The translations under genes were made by a program, and so were the position numbers. Below are positions 1-14,200 of a stretch of 64,000 bases of DNA, piece after piece; position 1 is the first letter of the stretch, and every line of letters starts with the position of its first letter. Under the pieces are notes generated by a model. It was not told where the DNA came from, ran no database searches, and was given only the letters and a program-made list of their open reading frames with translations. Source of the stretch: Tubulanus polymorphus (taxonomy: Eukaryota > Animalia > Nemertea); NCBI RefSeq assembly GCF_964204645.1, contig NC_134029.1, forward strand, positions 22,810,950 to 22,874,949. Reading direction: 5' to 3'.

Positions 1-91
1 TTCAAAAATCAAGGAGTTTTCAAGGATTCAAGGAGTTGTAGGGACCCTGAAACCACTATATTCGCTGATAGTCCAATACGGAAACACTTAC

Positions 92-1841
92 CCTGTAAAA
101 TATCAGCTACTGTATTCAGGAGATAGTTTAAAAATTCGTGCGCATCTTGTTGCATATAATTATCGAATAGTTCTGAAAATTAAGGCGTTTTTTGTTTAAT
201 TCAACACAAATTCATGTTACAGCGCCTTTAAAAATCAGGGAATCCAAAATATATCCTGCTATTTCCGCGTCCAAAAATTCCCCGAAGTGGCATCCTCCCT
301 CGGCAGCGGGGAACCCGATAGCATCGCTAGACTTAGCCACAACCCTGCCACACTTGACCGGGTGCACAGGTGTGCCAAACAAAAACTTGCACCAATCAGA
401 TTGCCCATTGTGTGATCTGTGACTGAGGCAAATTTCACGGAACTATAAGTGAGAAAACGCGGGTATAAATAAAACAGGATATCTGATTGGTTAAAAATGA
501 CATCATCTAAGCTACCCGTCTACCGGTCGGGTATGTGCGCACTCAGTCTACTGTGTGGCAGGGTTCCGTATTGTGGCGAGTCTCGATGCCATCAGGTTCA
601 GATGATCCCTACCAGGGGAGGATGTGAAGTGAGTGCTGTTTCCTTTCCAAGAGATCTCTTGTCAATAGTTACCACCAAGTACAACAAGAGAAGAAAAAAG
701 TAAGTCTGGATTTCTCAGATCTGTAAGAGCCCTGATATTCATATTTTTCATTTTTTTTGTGATTTGCGACAACTATTTTTTAATTACCATTCTCTTTCCG
801 TAATCTTTGGATGAACTTTTTCGGCGCGATAGTGCCAACCTTTTTCTTCTGAGTGGCGATGTTGTAGAACAAATCAGCCAGACACGTTAATAACGTTTCC
901 TTCTTCTGGTTTTTCTGCTGCTGTTTATAATGCAAAACTTTCTCCCGAAACGGGCGACAAAAATATAAAGCCTGCAGCACAGAATTACAGTAACACGTGT
1001 TCCCGAACTGAAAAACGAAAGTGAAACTTCGACAATTGATTTGACCTAATTTATAGTTGAGCGAATAATTGAAGGAATCTTGAAATCCCAGCTGAAATAA
1101 CTTACATTCACCAGCCCAAAATAATGCTCATTGGCTGGGAATTGTTCTGATCCTATTTCCTTCTCCAGCTGCGAGGCATTGGCTCCCTAAAATAAACATG
1201 AATGAAGATTATAGCAAATAATCAGCCATTATTGATAGGCTAGCACGGCAGTATTAAAAGGTAAATCACACTTTTGTACCCCCTCCCAAACATTTTCATT
1301 TCTACATGATATGAATCAAAGGAGTCTTTCTACATGATATGAATCAAAGGAGTCTGGAGAATCAAAATGAATTACTTTTAATCAAAAACTTAACATCTTT
1401 ATGAGATTTTAGTAATTTTGGCTAGCCTATACTAATGAGTAGGCTATATAGTACTACTCACTCTATCATCATTATTATACACTAAAGACTTTGTAGTAAT
1501 AATAATTTATCTGAAATCTATATTGATCGGGTTCTAGAACATGGTATTGGTAGGGTCAGGAAAAAAAGAGAAACAGAAAAGAACTAAAGAAGTGGCCTAA
1601 TTGACAAGGGAAGAAAGTTCAGGATTTCATCAGTTTTTTGCCTGTTTTCACCCTTCTAAATCAACCCTATAAAACGGGTCTTCAAAACTTTCTGTGTATC
1701 TTACGTATATATTCAACGATGGTGCCCATTGCATTTGAAGTGATGCGCACCAATTCCACCCAGATCAACGAGAACTTACCATTTTATTTCGAATGCACGA
1801 AAGCATCACAAGCTTGCGCTCTTTACGTCGATAGTCGCCAT
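92..1841 (-). CDS. USP46: Ubiquitin carboxyl-terminal hydrolase 46/12 (USP46/USP12-like), 5' exons; gene continues off the left edge
   Basis: Exons 1186-1106 ([27 protein letters not shown]), 1007-788 ([22 protein letters not shown]...[11 protein letters not shown], containing the catalytic Cys box GNTCYCNS) and 172-92 ([26 protein letters not shown]) have GT-AG boundaries and consistent phases, and closely match USP46/12 as I recall it. The first exon 1841-1827 (MATID, ATG in AAGATGGCG context, GTAAAG donor) is tentative. Confidence 0.92.
291..624. repeat. Degenerate fold-back (palindromic) element in a USP46 intron, MITE-like
   Basis: Nested inverted matches: catcctccc/gggaggatg, gaacccgatagcatcg/cgatgccatcaggttc, aaccctgccacac/gtgtggcagggtt. 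Confidence 0.6.
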
Positions 1842-2067
1842 CTTTGACATGTGTTCTCGAGTACGGATTGAACGCGCCAGGATTCCATAGTCTAAACAAC
1901 ACCTGGGCCGTCACCGTATAAAATGAGAATCCCTTTACGAAACGAGTGTCGCGCGCCCGATCTCGCTCGCTACGCGCCCGGACGCGCGGTCGGTGCGATT
2001 AATCCGGCGCCCCCGGCATTGAAGTACCATTCGTGTGGACGAACGCAATCATCGACCATCAATCACC
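1842..2067. promoter_or_regulatory. Short CpG-rich bidirectional promoter region between USP46 (-) and the EF-hand gene (+)
   Basis: About 230 bp separate the divergent putative start codons. TATAAAA at ~1917 and repeated CGCGCCCG motifs at ~1950-1990 sit in otherwise AT-rich DNA. Confidence 0.5.
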
Positions 2068-2864
2068 ATGGCAGGTAAAATCTTCGAGCAAGTGTTCGAT
2101 GAATATCAGCTGGACAAGACACAAGAGGAACTTCGGCGTCATATTGAATTCTTCTATACCATGGACGAGGATTGCAGCGAATATCTCTCCAAAAAAGAAC
2201 TCATGGAATTTATACCCACAGCCACCGTTGAGGTAATATTTTTTCCGATTTTATAAATCCTTATCTATCTTTTCAATAATCGTGATAAAATAAAAAAAAT
2301 TCCTTGCGTCTCTCGATGGCCATAAATTGGTAGTAGTGTTTCCTGGATTTGTATCCTGCGCCGGGTTAAATCGCTAGTATAACTATTTAGATATAACTTC
2401 AGAAATCGTTCCCCAAAGACGACAAAGACGGAGACGATAAAATTTCTCTGAAAGAATTCCTTCAAACATATTTTGAGTAAGTCACGATAAAATAAGACAC
2501 TATAGATTCATTTTGACTTTTTTCAACGACCACTTTGGAATTTTCTTAATTATTTGTTCATGCCGGATAAAACATTTTGAATTATTTTAGACCGTTAATC
2601 GAAGAGAAATGGAAAGACGTTTACTCAAAGGAATTTGACGACGGTGAAAATATGAAATTGAAGCCGGCTGAGTTGGAAACCTTTTTCGCTATCGTCGGAC
2701 TAGCGGGTCCCCGTAGTGACAAAGCAAAAACGTTTTTCGAGAAACACGACCTGAATAAAGATGGCGTCCTTGATGTCAACGAATTCGTCAAGTATCTGAA
2801 ATATGATTTGAGCGATCTGTTGGACGAATTGATCGCTCAGTTCAAGTTACAACTAGGCGATTGA
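2068..2864 (+). CDS. EF-hand calcium-binding protein (calmodulin/SCP-like, ~170 aa), 3 exons
   Basis: Exons 2068-2232, 2403-2476 and 2591-2864 splice in frame. EF-loops: DEDCSEYLSKKE, DKDGDDKISLKE, a degenerate DDGENMKLKPAE, and DLNKDGVLDVNE. AATAAA at ~2992. Confidence 0.85.
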
Positions 2865-3644
2865 TCGTATCGTAAAAGTGAATTCTCGGGACCCACAACG
2901 TAACTGTGGAACCGAACTCAGGCGGCTCCTGGTCCAGCAACCCCTATCAGCCTCTGATAATGTGTGTAACTACTTTGAAAATGTTGTCATAAATAAATAA
3001 AATGATTAATTAGTGCATAAACCGCGAAAGCCTCTTATTTATTCAGATTCAAATGGTGTTTAAATGAATGTTGTGTATTGATATTCAGGCATGACCAACG
3101 ACAAAGAATGTATTCTTTGTTAGCGCGATTCCCGCTGCGCACTGAACCCAGTTGAACTTAGTTTGAACACCATGAGCCTGTAACGACCAAATAACATCTT
3201 AATTGTCTTATTGCTTATTGGTTTTTAAGACCTGCCCTTGTCATGAACTCGGACCCTTCGCTTCGACCACATAGACCTTCATCTTCCGCGTGGCATTGAC
3301 TTCTATGATAAAGGGATAGAAATTCAAAATAGTCAAAATCGTCCTATTTATTACATCGTCTGTGCGACACTATCAATTTGTGAAACGTCTTTTAGTGGCG
3401 ATGTTGAGAACAAATGAGGGGCGGATCTAGGGTCTAATTAGGGAGGGGAGCAGGAAAACTAAGGACACATCTTGGTTTATAAGGGCACTCTTAGAGACGA
3501 ATACTTCGCAAATTTTCTAAATTTGATGCAATTTATGAGCGATCGAGGCTTTTCTGGTGGAGAGTTACCGGAAAAGATCAACTATATGTTTTAACACCCA
3601 ATACGGGTGGTTTAGTTTTAGAAAAAGTTTACTTAGAGGTTTAA

Positions 3645-4159
3645 AACAAATCATTCGACAAAGATGGAGACGGAGAGCTTTCTCTGAAAGAATTCCTTCA
3701 AGTATATTATGAGTAAGTCATGAGAAAATAAGATGCTGAATTTATTTTGATTTTTTTTTTAACCGCCACTGATGAATTTTCTCAATTATTTGTTCATGCC
3801 GGATAAAGCATTTCGAATTATTATAGACCGTTAATTGAAAAGAAATGTCGAAAGACGTTTACACGACGGAATTCGGAGACGAAAGAATGAAAGTAAACCA
3901 ACATCAGTTGCAAACTATTTTCTTCAATGTCGGATTTGACGGTCCCCGCGCCCACAAAGCAAAAGAGTATTTCAAGAAGTCCGACCTGAATGAAGATGGC
4001 ATCCTTGATTTCAACGAATTCGTCAAGTATCTGAAATATGATTTGAGCGATCAGTTGGACGAATTGATTGCGAATCTTCGAACAGGAGGCTCTTGGTCCA
4101 GCAACCCGACCTCGTATTCAATGTGTGTTACTATTTTGGAAACTATTGAACAAAAATAA
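3645..4159 (+). pseudogene. Truncated, frameshifted tandem duplicate of the EF-hand gene (exons 2-3 plus the intron between them)
   Basis: 3657-3720 parallels 2418-2484 (DKDGDGELSLKEF). The intron is conserved (aattatttgttcatgccggataaa). The exon 3 copy has an extra base near 3846 (gaaaagaaatgtcgaaagac vs gaagagaaatggaaagac) that breaks the spliced frame, and the original stop region is lost. No clear exon 1 copy. Confidence 0.65.
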
Positions 4160-5297
4160 AAATGTAAACCACGAAAGTCTCTTTCATTTTTTGAACGGTT
4201 GCTGTGGTATTTTTATTTCAATTTCATAGAGGCGTGCGTGACCAGACATGGACGAACGACAAAAACTGTGCGTGATTCCCGCTTCACTGAACACAGCGGA
4301 ACACATGAACTTGTGTAACGACCCATTACATATTTATATTTGTCGCCTGATCAAAGTACTAGAGTACTTAAAAGTACTACATTGGATATTCACTTATTAC
4401 GGATTAGTCAGGTTATTTAAAATTAACATTTAACATTATTCGGACAAAATTTTCCAGTCCCGACATGTTCATCCGAGTTCAAAACAGGTGCAGTTGAAAC
4501 CCATTTGAGTGACAAATATGACGACATTTCCGCTCAATTAAATCTCCCGCCATCGTTTCGTCTGGAGTATTTTGGTTTTTATCTTAAGAGTAACACGGCA
4601 GTTTTGCCCAACGCGCCAGATTATCATCTACTCTAGGCGGCAACGTCGAAAATGATGAAATTCAAATAATCTCAAATAAATCACAGCACTTCAAACCATT
4701 TCTAGTCTCGTAAAACGCATTTATAGGTAAGGAAACCACTGGTTATTTCATGATTTAATTTAACGCAATTCACAGCACAACCACATCGATTCTCATCATC
4801 GTCGATAGGCCTAAACAGTAGTAAAAAGCCACTGCGCTGCACATCACAAATTCAAATGAAGTTTATTCTTATTCTTATTTACTACATTATGTGTAGTTTA
4901 TATCTTCATTTCTTGAAAAGGACTCGAAGAGATGAGTTGAAATCGATTGAAAAATGTAAATGAATTATCTAATCATCATGGAGAATTTGATTGTGGATAG
5001 TTGCGATTTTTCTAACTTTGTTTTACTAAAAACTACTACTGCTCACTGCTGGATTGGATACTCTTCCGGTTACAGTCAATCATATACTATTGAAAAAAAA
5101 GAGAATTGCTGTAAATGTACGGATCATCACCTCTCATGAATTATGACAGGATGCCATGACAGTTTTTTGAAAAAGTGAAAAATGAATAACATTGATATGC
5201 ATCAGAAGAGGTGTAGAATAATCAAGTGTCAGTCAGTCATGTGGTCCTCCTTGTTGATTTCCTTCTATCTAATTTTCCCTTTAAGCTTGCACCGAAA

Positions 5298-8200
5298 ATG
5301 GCCTCAACCACCGCGAGTCAACAACAGAAGTTCTCAAATCTGCGTAGACGTCTCGACCAGCTCGGATATCGGCAGCCGCTCGGAATAGAGTCATTACCGC
5401 TCGTCGATCGGCTATTCTCCGATCTCATCCACACGACGGAAAGCTTGAAAAACGCGAAACTGCAAAGTCACCGCGAGTTGAACGATCACACGAAATTCGA
5501 GGCTCAAATCGAACCGTATAAAACTGACAACGCTAAATTAGTGAAAGAAAACAGCGATTTACACCAGAAACTGTTAAAACTACAGGATTCAACTGATGCT
5601 AACGTTCGAGGTAGGTGGTGCTGGCGCCAATTGCTCAAAAGTTGATTAGAGTTAACCCTTTCAGTGCTGACTAATCAATACCCTATAGTGCTGGAGATAA
5701 TTTGAAAATTTTTAAAAATTCCACCCTGGTGTGTTTAATAACGGGAATACCACTATAGTGCGTCTACATCGCGGCGCGGTGTATCGTAAGTTACTAGTAT
5801 TTCACTATGTTTGACTGGGGCTGCCATCTTTCAATAGAGATAAAAACTAATTACATCAATACACTGCAGTGCGGTGTACTAGCAAAATACATCACCAATT
5901 CATACACCGCACTGCGGTGTAGACTCACTGAAAGGGTTAATCAGTATCAACCGGTAGTTGACAGCGTGACAATTAAAAGTTCATGGTTACTTGGTATCTA
6001 CCTAGCCGCAAGTTATCTTAAACCATCTTTTCAGCAACTGACTTGATTATGAACAGTGCTGGCTTGACCGACGCTAAACAACCCTGAATACGCAATAAGT
6101 GAAAACTTTGGATATTTCATTGTAGAATTGAAAGCATCGCTGCGTAAAATCGAACACGAAAATGCCGACTTGAAGTTCTTGAATAACCAGTACGTTCATA
6201 AAGTACGACAGCTGGAGAAGGAAAGCAAAAGCAAAAATGACAAGATTATGCAACTTCAGGAAAAGAATTTACACGCCGTTGTTCAGACCCCTGGTAAGTT
6301 GTAGACAAACACTCGATGTGAACATGCTTTGAAATCTTTGTATAAGTTTATCTAGATTTTTATCTGTTAAACACTATTGATACTGTTAAAGGCGTATTGT
6401 ACAGTGGACTCGTCGGAAGTGTAAAGATATATTTCACTGAGTTGAAAATCAGTGAGATAGGTAGAAGGTTCTACTGTTGAAATAGGATTAACGGTTGTGG
6501 TTTTTATAAGGTTTGCAAAGACCCCAGCAGGATGGTTAGTTAGTCTACAGTCAACAGGGTGGCGCCACTTGTGTGGAAGTCAGGAAATTTTCCTTTCTTG
6601 AAAAAAGTCGGGGAATTTTGTAAAAAAAAAAAAGCTAAGAATCTGTGAAGTCGGGGAAAATTTGTTGATATTGCTAGATTGTGCATAAAATCAAACAGTT
6701 TCCATCTACGCCTTACGCATTTGACTGTTAGGCCTAATGTCGGGGAGAAAAACGTGGATCAGGGAAAAGTCCTGAAAAAAGCCAGACAAAAAAAAGGTGG
6801 CCACCCTGGTTAAACTCACTCAAGTCGTCTTAGTTTATTCAACGCGACGATCATTAATTAATTTTGAGGGTTTATCCACCTGATGACTAATACTTAGTAA
6901 ATTGAATTGAAAGTTTAAATTGAGCACGTTATTATTGAAAGACTGAAGCTATTTAATCAGGTGGTTTTCTCGGTGAAGTTAAAAAATAGATGCTCGATAA
7001 TACAACCGGTGATTACTGAATTTACAGGAGGCAGGAAAAAGACGATTCCATTCCGTCGACAGAGAATGGAAATCGACTCGGTTCTACCGCCGGAATATTC
7101 CACTCCGAAACGTTATTCCGCGCAGCCCGAGGACCCGTACGTCGCCGACATGCTCGGCGTCGCCGACTCGAAAATCGCCGATTTACAAAACATCGTCGAA
7201 CGATTGAAAGACGAATCGGAAATATCCGACCGAAAGAACGCTCATCTTCGAACTCAGGTTAGATTTTGATAGTTATTTCTCCTTCGAGTAGAATGGAAAT
7301 ACTTCACGGTTGGATCCAGGTGCAGACCTGACTTACAAGTGTTTGCTGAACTACTACCAAAAATATGAAAATTATCTCAAAATCTGAAAAGTCGGATTTT
7401 CGAATAATTCACTATTTTGATGTCAAATTGTTCTCATTTTTGGTAAAAACTACTTATACTTAGGGAGATAGTCTGATCTGATCCGGGTGCCTCACATGAT
7501 ATGATATGATATGATTTATTTGCATAAAAGATTGTTACAGAGTTTACAAATGAATACACAATATATGGAAAAAAATAAATAAATTTATATTTAAATTTAA
7601 ATTATTTATATTTAAATTTATAAATTTACCAATAAATTATGCGAGGAATTAGGAGAAGCCAAAGTTGGCTTAATCTAGTCCTAATCCCTCGTCCATACAC
7701 TCTCACATACACACAGACATATACACCAATTCACATTCATTTCTAGTTTACCAAACAAACCATGTGGCATAAATCTGAAAGTCTTAAACCTTTTGTTGAA
7801 GAAAGGCAGAAAAAAATCCAAGTGGTTTTGAATTTTACCGTCTCTTTTTAAGAAGGACATTTCAGGTATTTTGATTGCGTCGTGTGTCAGGGACCCTGGA
7901 TCCACCCGTGTAGACTATGTAATTTTGACTGTATATAATAAATCAATCAAATTTCAAGCCCGATCGAAAGGTATGCAGAATAATAATCTCAATTCTTGTA
8001 TTCCTCGATGTTGTACTTGTTATCGTTTGACAGTTTTAATTAGCCTAATTGATAGAATAGTTTGATCGACGCGAGTTATAATTTGAGTATTGTTAAACGC
8101 GCGCGCGCGCCCGGTACTTTATATCCCTCCCTGTCGGGAACAATGATGAATTTTGTATGAGAACTGGTCGTTTGCGCGTTGTCAGAAAAGAAAACACTAT

Positions 8201-11200
8201 AAACTCCTGACGCACACACATGCTTGGTTCGAACGTTATTCTCATCATTCATTTTAACACAACTTGCTCTATTGTCATATCTTATTGATTTCATAATACT
8301 ATATGTGATAGTAGCGTATCCCGCGTGCGCGCGTGTGTCTATGTGTATCATCCGACTGACTTTTACTAATTCGAATGCATTACCGACTAAGTTGTTAGTG
8401 AGTGCTCAATTGTCAGGTGGCCCATGACGCTTGCGTGCTCAAACCTATGCTGCAAATAAAGTAGTTACCGACTACTGATGTTATTCGTGGTGTGCATTGA
8501 ACTGTAAGACTACCGCTGTGTCTCTGAGCGCGCTCACTCGTTCATTCATTCATTCATCAAAAAACATTAGCCGCGCTAATAACTAACTGGGTATCTGGAT
8601 ATCATCTACGCATGCAGGAAAATCTATAAGCCGTGTTATTATTAGCTCAGGTAGGATGGGAGAAAGTGATTTATAAATATTAGGAGTTTGTTTGATGTTT
8701 GCCTCGTATAAAATGATGGATCTTAACTCTTTAAGTATAATAATGCGGTTCAAGGAGTATTTAATTATCACGGGATCGACATCCAGTATTTTAGAGCAAG
8801 CGTTCGTCGTTAAACTGTTCTATCGTAATTGAAATCTAGATTGGATTTTAAGGAATTACAGAAAATCGAATATGTAGGAACATAACTTCTGTTCGATCGC
8901 ATTCAGTTTATTGGCTTTCTCTGAGAGATGGTAATTTCTTTAGAATAGAGATTCTTTCAATGAAGAATTCAAGTTGAAATGGTTTTAAGAATCTATTCAA
9001 GTGACTGTCGATTAAAATCAATGTTCTTTTGAAATCGAGTAACTTTATTCAATGGTGATAATTATCTCTATGCATTAGTGGGATACCGGTAATTGAATAT
9101 GGGACCCATATGAACGTTATGGTTCATGGTCTTGTCTATTCAAATTGTATTAAATTTTTCATATCCTTCAATGTTGAAAATTTTGTAAAGATCTTCGGTT
9201 CCTAACAATGAAATATGTAAAAAAACGACAATAGATCGAGTAAAATTGATAAAAATTGCTTACAAAAATGAGGAATGTGACAGGGTTCACACATTAGCGC
9301 GCTATACGCAGTGTGTACACCGGGCCTAGTATCGGTGTAGTAGTGTGTGAATTGTAGATAGAACATGTTTGGATCATGCCCCGGTTTGCTGGCATTATTC
9401 CAGTCATTCAAACACCGGTTGACAGTCGCTGATTTGTTGTTGGTTTCTAATTGAATTGGGGGAAAGGTAGGCGTTTTACCCGAATGTTCTCTACTGGATA
9501 TTCTACTGATTCTTACGATTTTTACGTTATAATTTTTATATTGTTTAATCAGCGAATGATTAGTTGTGTTGCGTAAGGTCGGGAATTTACTGATTAGAAT
9601 TTTTGAAAAATTCTTCGTTGGTTATTTGTACCGGTATTGCTATTGTATGGGAAAGCTAACTCGTATCGGATATATCTAGGCACATATTAGGCCTATTCCA
9701 CAGTTTTATCATATCATTCAAGGTATTTCTAGGTTTTTTAGAACGTTAAATCTCATCGGTTCATACAGTAAATTAGTACTAATTATCGTCACGGATGTGA
9801 TACGTTCGAAGCATACACTTCATCACTGTTTATTCCATTACTCTCATGAATATTGGAAAATTGTTTTTTAAAAATCCGATATATGCATACTCATATTTAA
9901 CGTGAGTATGATGGATATTCTCGAGTGTAGAAATCGGGAAAATTTCTAGGTTGTTGTGACAATTAACCGGTTCAGCCACCGGTGGACTCCAGGGGCTGGT
10001 TGCATAGTCATGGCTTAGATTTAAGACTGGTCTAAGACCAACTTTGTTCTAGAGCCAATCTAACAACTTAAGACCAGTCTTAAGATTTAAGACCACTTTT
10101 GGACTTAAGTCACGACTGTGCGACTGGGCCCAGGTGATGATAATTAACTCATCGTGTATATCTGCATGTATTTTACTAGGTGGATTCTTTGAACACTGAA
10201 ATAGACCGATTGAACAGAATGTTAGAGGGAGGTCGTCCGTACGATGTTGTCTCATTGGAGGCGCGAAATAAAGCGAATGAAAGACTCATTTCACATCTCA
10301 ATATTCAGGTATGTATGAATTGGAAATTCATTTCGATTTAGATGTTACAAAATTTTTTCATTATCTACCGCAAAAATATAAGGGCGGAAAAATTGAACTA
10401 GATAATGCGACTACTCTGTCGATCTAAGCTGTATGCTTTCAAATAATCGGAAAAGTTATTCGACTGATAATGAAATGATATCGTTCTCCGTTGAATTCTA
10501 GGTCGATTTCCTGCAGCAGAAAAATCGTGATATGGAACGACAATTGGATGATATGAGAAAGTGCGAGTTATCGCAATCGACGCGACAACTTGATCTCGAC
10601 GCAAAAAATCAAGTCTTACAGGACGAGTTAGACGTAAGATTGCATTCAATACGTTCATATAGGCGCCACTTACCTCGAAACGGGGGAAAATCTGGGAAAT
10701 TTTCTTTTCTTTGAAATATTCGGGGAAATTTATATTTGAGAAAAAGCGAAAGGTCGGTGAAGTTTGTTGAGATTGCTAGATGGGGCTTTTTAAAAATCGA
10801 ACAGTTTCTATCTATGTTTTACATATTTGACTAGATTGATTAGATTCTTATCAGATCAAGTCAGGGAAAACAGCGCGCATGTCAGGAAATAGGGAAATCG
10901 TGATATCGTGAAGTTTAGTAAAATGAAGCCGACAGTAGCCGATTAATCCCGTAGTTATATCTTCTGTTTGCGAACGAATGAAAAGTAGATTTCGACGTCT
11001 ATTCAATCCCGCGGAAAATCTTAAACAAACTTTCATTGTAAATTCCTTATCTGAGAGAATGCTTCACATTGTTTGCCGAAACTCTGTTTAACCTACGAAG
11101 ACGACGATGAGGGTCATTTTTCTTTGCTTAACCGAATGATTATATTTGCCATTCAATTCAACCCTTCGATTCTGAGTTCAGTTGTTGATTCTAGAATGCA

Positions 11201-14200
11201 TGTTTGTTGTCCTGTTTGCGATAATAAACCACCGTCATCAATTTGTTCGACTACTTTAAATGTAAACATGTTGTTATGTAATTTAGTACTAATTGAAAAC
11301 AGAATCATCTTTATTTCTCTGCCACTGGTTCAATATTAAGCATTTGTCCGGTGTTGTTTTTGACTAAGGGATAATTGTTAGTGGGAGTAAAATGATGTAA
11401 GAGCGTGAGCCAAATGATTTGTTGATGAAGTACTGGAAATGTCTGAAAGTGTTAGGGGGTTTTTCTAAATCCTCTGCACCCAACCTTAAAAGACATAACT
11501 AGTGTCTGTGGGTTATGGACCAAGAATTTTTCAATGACTGTTGTTTTAGTAAAGTGTTATAATGTACTGTACTGGTAGTATTAATACGCCAAGTTTCTTC
11601 CGCAAATTTGTAGGATGTCGATCGATTGGCCAAACAGTTGCAGGACGACAAAAAACGCGCGGTCAATAACGCCGGACTCGAAGTCGCCGAAGCTCACCTC
11701 GAACTGGACAAATCTCGACATCAACTCGACCAACTAGAACTGGAAAACGCACAGTTAACTGTGGTACGTGTTCTAATCATTCACACAGTATTGGTATGAT
11801 GTTATACCATACTCACCAGTAAGCGATATTTCATGTTTTATAAACGTAGGAAAAGGATAATTTGATCAGCGAAAACGAAGATATCAAATCGCGATTGATG
11901 GCGATGAAATCGGACTACAGCAAACTGGAAGCTCTGCAAGATAAAGTTCAAGAGGATAAACGTAAACTGAGCACTCGGGTCAATAAACTAACGGCTAACG
12001 GTAAGTACTTCTCCGTTTAACATCGGGTGGATCATATCTCTATTGAAAACAGTAATAAACCTTTTTTAATGGCGGCAATTAAAACGTTTGATAAATGTGC
12101 AATTAAACGTGTGAAATTTTCTACTTACAGAAAGGGAACTTGTTCTGGAGATTGAAAGGCTGAAAGCTACTAAAGGGGTCAGCGCTAAAAAGAAGACTAA
12201 AGCAGGACATTTGGAGGCATTCATAAAGGGTTTGGAGGGTAAGTTTGATAAAAATTGTTTCTGTGGTATGAACAATGCGCCCTTTATCGATGAGTTAGTT
12301 TTGAAATTTCTTGAAGTAAATCAACATTCATAGTTCCCACACATCCAGGAATATGGAAAAAAGTTAAGCTTTTTTAGACGGCAACGAATGAATAACTTTG
12401 TCAAATTCGATTAGGATGCTGTTCTCACGAATCGACCTTACAAATAGATGATTTCCCTTGGAATACTTGGGAAAATTTTTGCTTTTTGATTAATAATAAT
12501 AATGATAATAATAATAATATGTGTCTTATATAGCGTCAAATCCAGCCAGGCCGCTCAGAGCGCTTTAAATTTTCGGTATTATAACCCCGGCCAATTCTAT
12601 ACTCTAACATGTATCAGTCATCTCTCCCTGGGGAGAAGTAATACCGAGCTGCTAACAAACGCTCAGGAGTCATCTATCAGTCCAGGTACCAATTTACTCC
12701 TGGGTGGAGAGGCAATGAGGATAAGTGTCTTGCCCGAGGACACTGCGGCAATGTACGGGGTTCGAACCCACGACCTGGCTTCCCAGAGCCGAACGCTCTA
12801 ACCATCGGCCACACTGCTCCACATTGCACCCATTGTATCATAGTATAGGAACTTTCAATGATATAATTGTAATTTTTATAACTCTCAGGTGAGAGGGATT
12901 ACTGGCGAGCGGAGGTAGAGACGTTACAGAAGATGTTGAAGCTCGGAGCGCGTAGTCCATCTCGTTCGTCTCGTTGTCCGTCTCGCTGTCAGAGTCCGAC
13001 TCGTAGTTCCAGTCGACCGCCGAGCCGAAATCAAAGTCCAACGCGTTCTCCGTCGAAATCGCTGAAAAACCGTACTCCCAGTCCGAAACCGTCTTCTACA
13101 CCTACCCGAGGCAAGAAAAAGGTAATTATAACGAGTTCATTAAAAATGTTTTGTTATGAAATTATGAGACTTTCAGTTATGACAGTAATTAGTTGACAGT
13201 AAGTTGGTATGGTTTGAATCATATTGATGTTTGTTTCAGAATGCTGCTCATTATGAAGCTCTGATCAATGTACTCGAAGATGAACGGGATTATTACAAGC
13301 GAGAGTATGAAATAGCCCGAGGATCGCGCTCTCCGCCGACTAGCGACAAGGTTTGTTCAGTTTTAACTCAAACAGCCCGACCCCGTATAGGAGTGATGTT
13401 TGTTTTCTATTAGAATGTGTTATTTTTTGTGTAGTGCACCCACGACGTATCGGTGATTCACAGACTGCAGAGAGAACGCGATGAACTTCAATGCTTGCTG
13501 GACAAGTTTGAAAGACACATGGCAGAGGTAGCTATCATTAGAATTTCCGTGTCACGGTTTTACCTAGCTAAAACTGCTTTATCCGAAACTTCTAAATTGT
13601 TTCATTTAGATCCAAGCCAATGTGAAGATTCTCACTTCGGAAAGGGACAGTCTGAACAGACTTTATGAGGAGGTATGTATCATCAGTTATTCTCGATCCT
13701 GTTACTGGTGAATTTAAGAGTTTGAGATAAAAGATTTTGATTCCATAAAGCTTAGCCTGACCGAGGCATATAGAATTGTAAAATCTAAAAATATTGTGAA
13801 ATTTGGATTTTTAGACGAAATCAGAATTGCAACAGTTACGTCGACAGATCGTCAAATCACCGAAATCTCCGAAGGTTTCACTGGCCGCTCAGTCTGTTTT
13901 ACGTCGCGTTGAATGCGAACGAGATGACGCACTCGCTGACCTCAGACGTATGATCACTGAACGTGACAGTTTACGTGAACGATTAAAGGTTCGTGATAAT
14001 CGCAGATAATTGTTATTTTCGAAATGTTAATACAACGGGGTGGCCGCTGACCTGGTACACCCTGGGAATTCGACATATTTTATGAAATACCTGGGAAACG
14101 CAGGAAATTCGGATAATGCAGTTGACCACTCGATTCAGTGAAAAATGAATGAATTGTGATATTTCAAACCTGGATATTTTTCTAATTCAAGTCTGATAAT

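Noticed and set aside
1298-1354. 28-bp direct duplication (ttctacatgatatgaatcaaaggagtct x2); also ggattaaagcat x~3 at ~33230
   Set aside because: Simple local slippage duplications with no further structure.
5226-5297. Upstream extension of the CEP135 ORF in the ORF track
   Set aside because: It begins at a non-ATG codon in intron-like pyrimidine-rich sequence; homology starts at ATG 5298.
12745-12820. tRNA gene
   Set aside because: The A/B boxes belong to a SINE head that continues into core and tail sequence; no complete cloverleaf or poly-T terminator.
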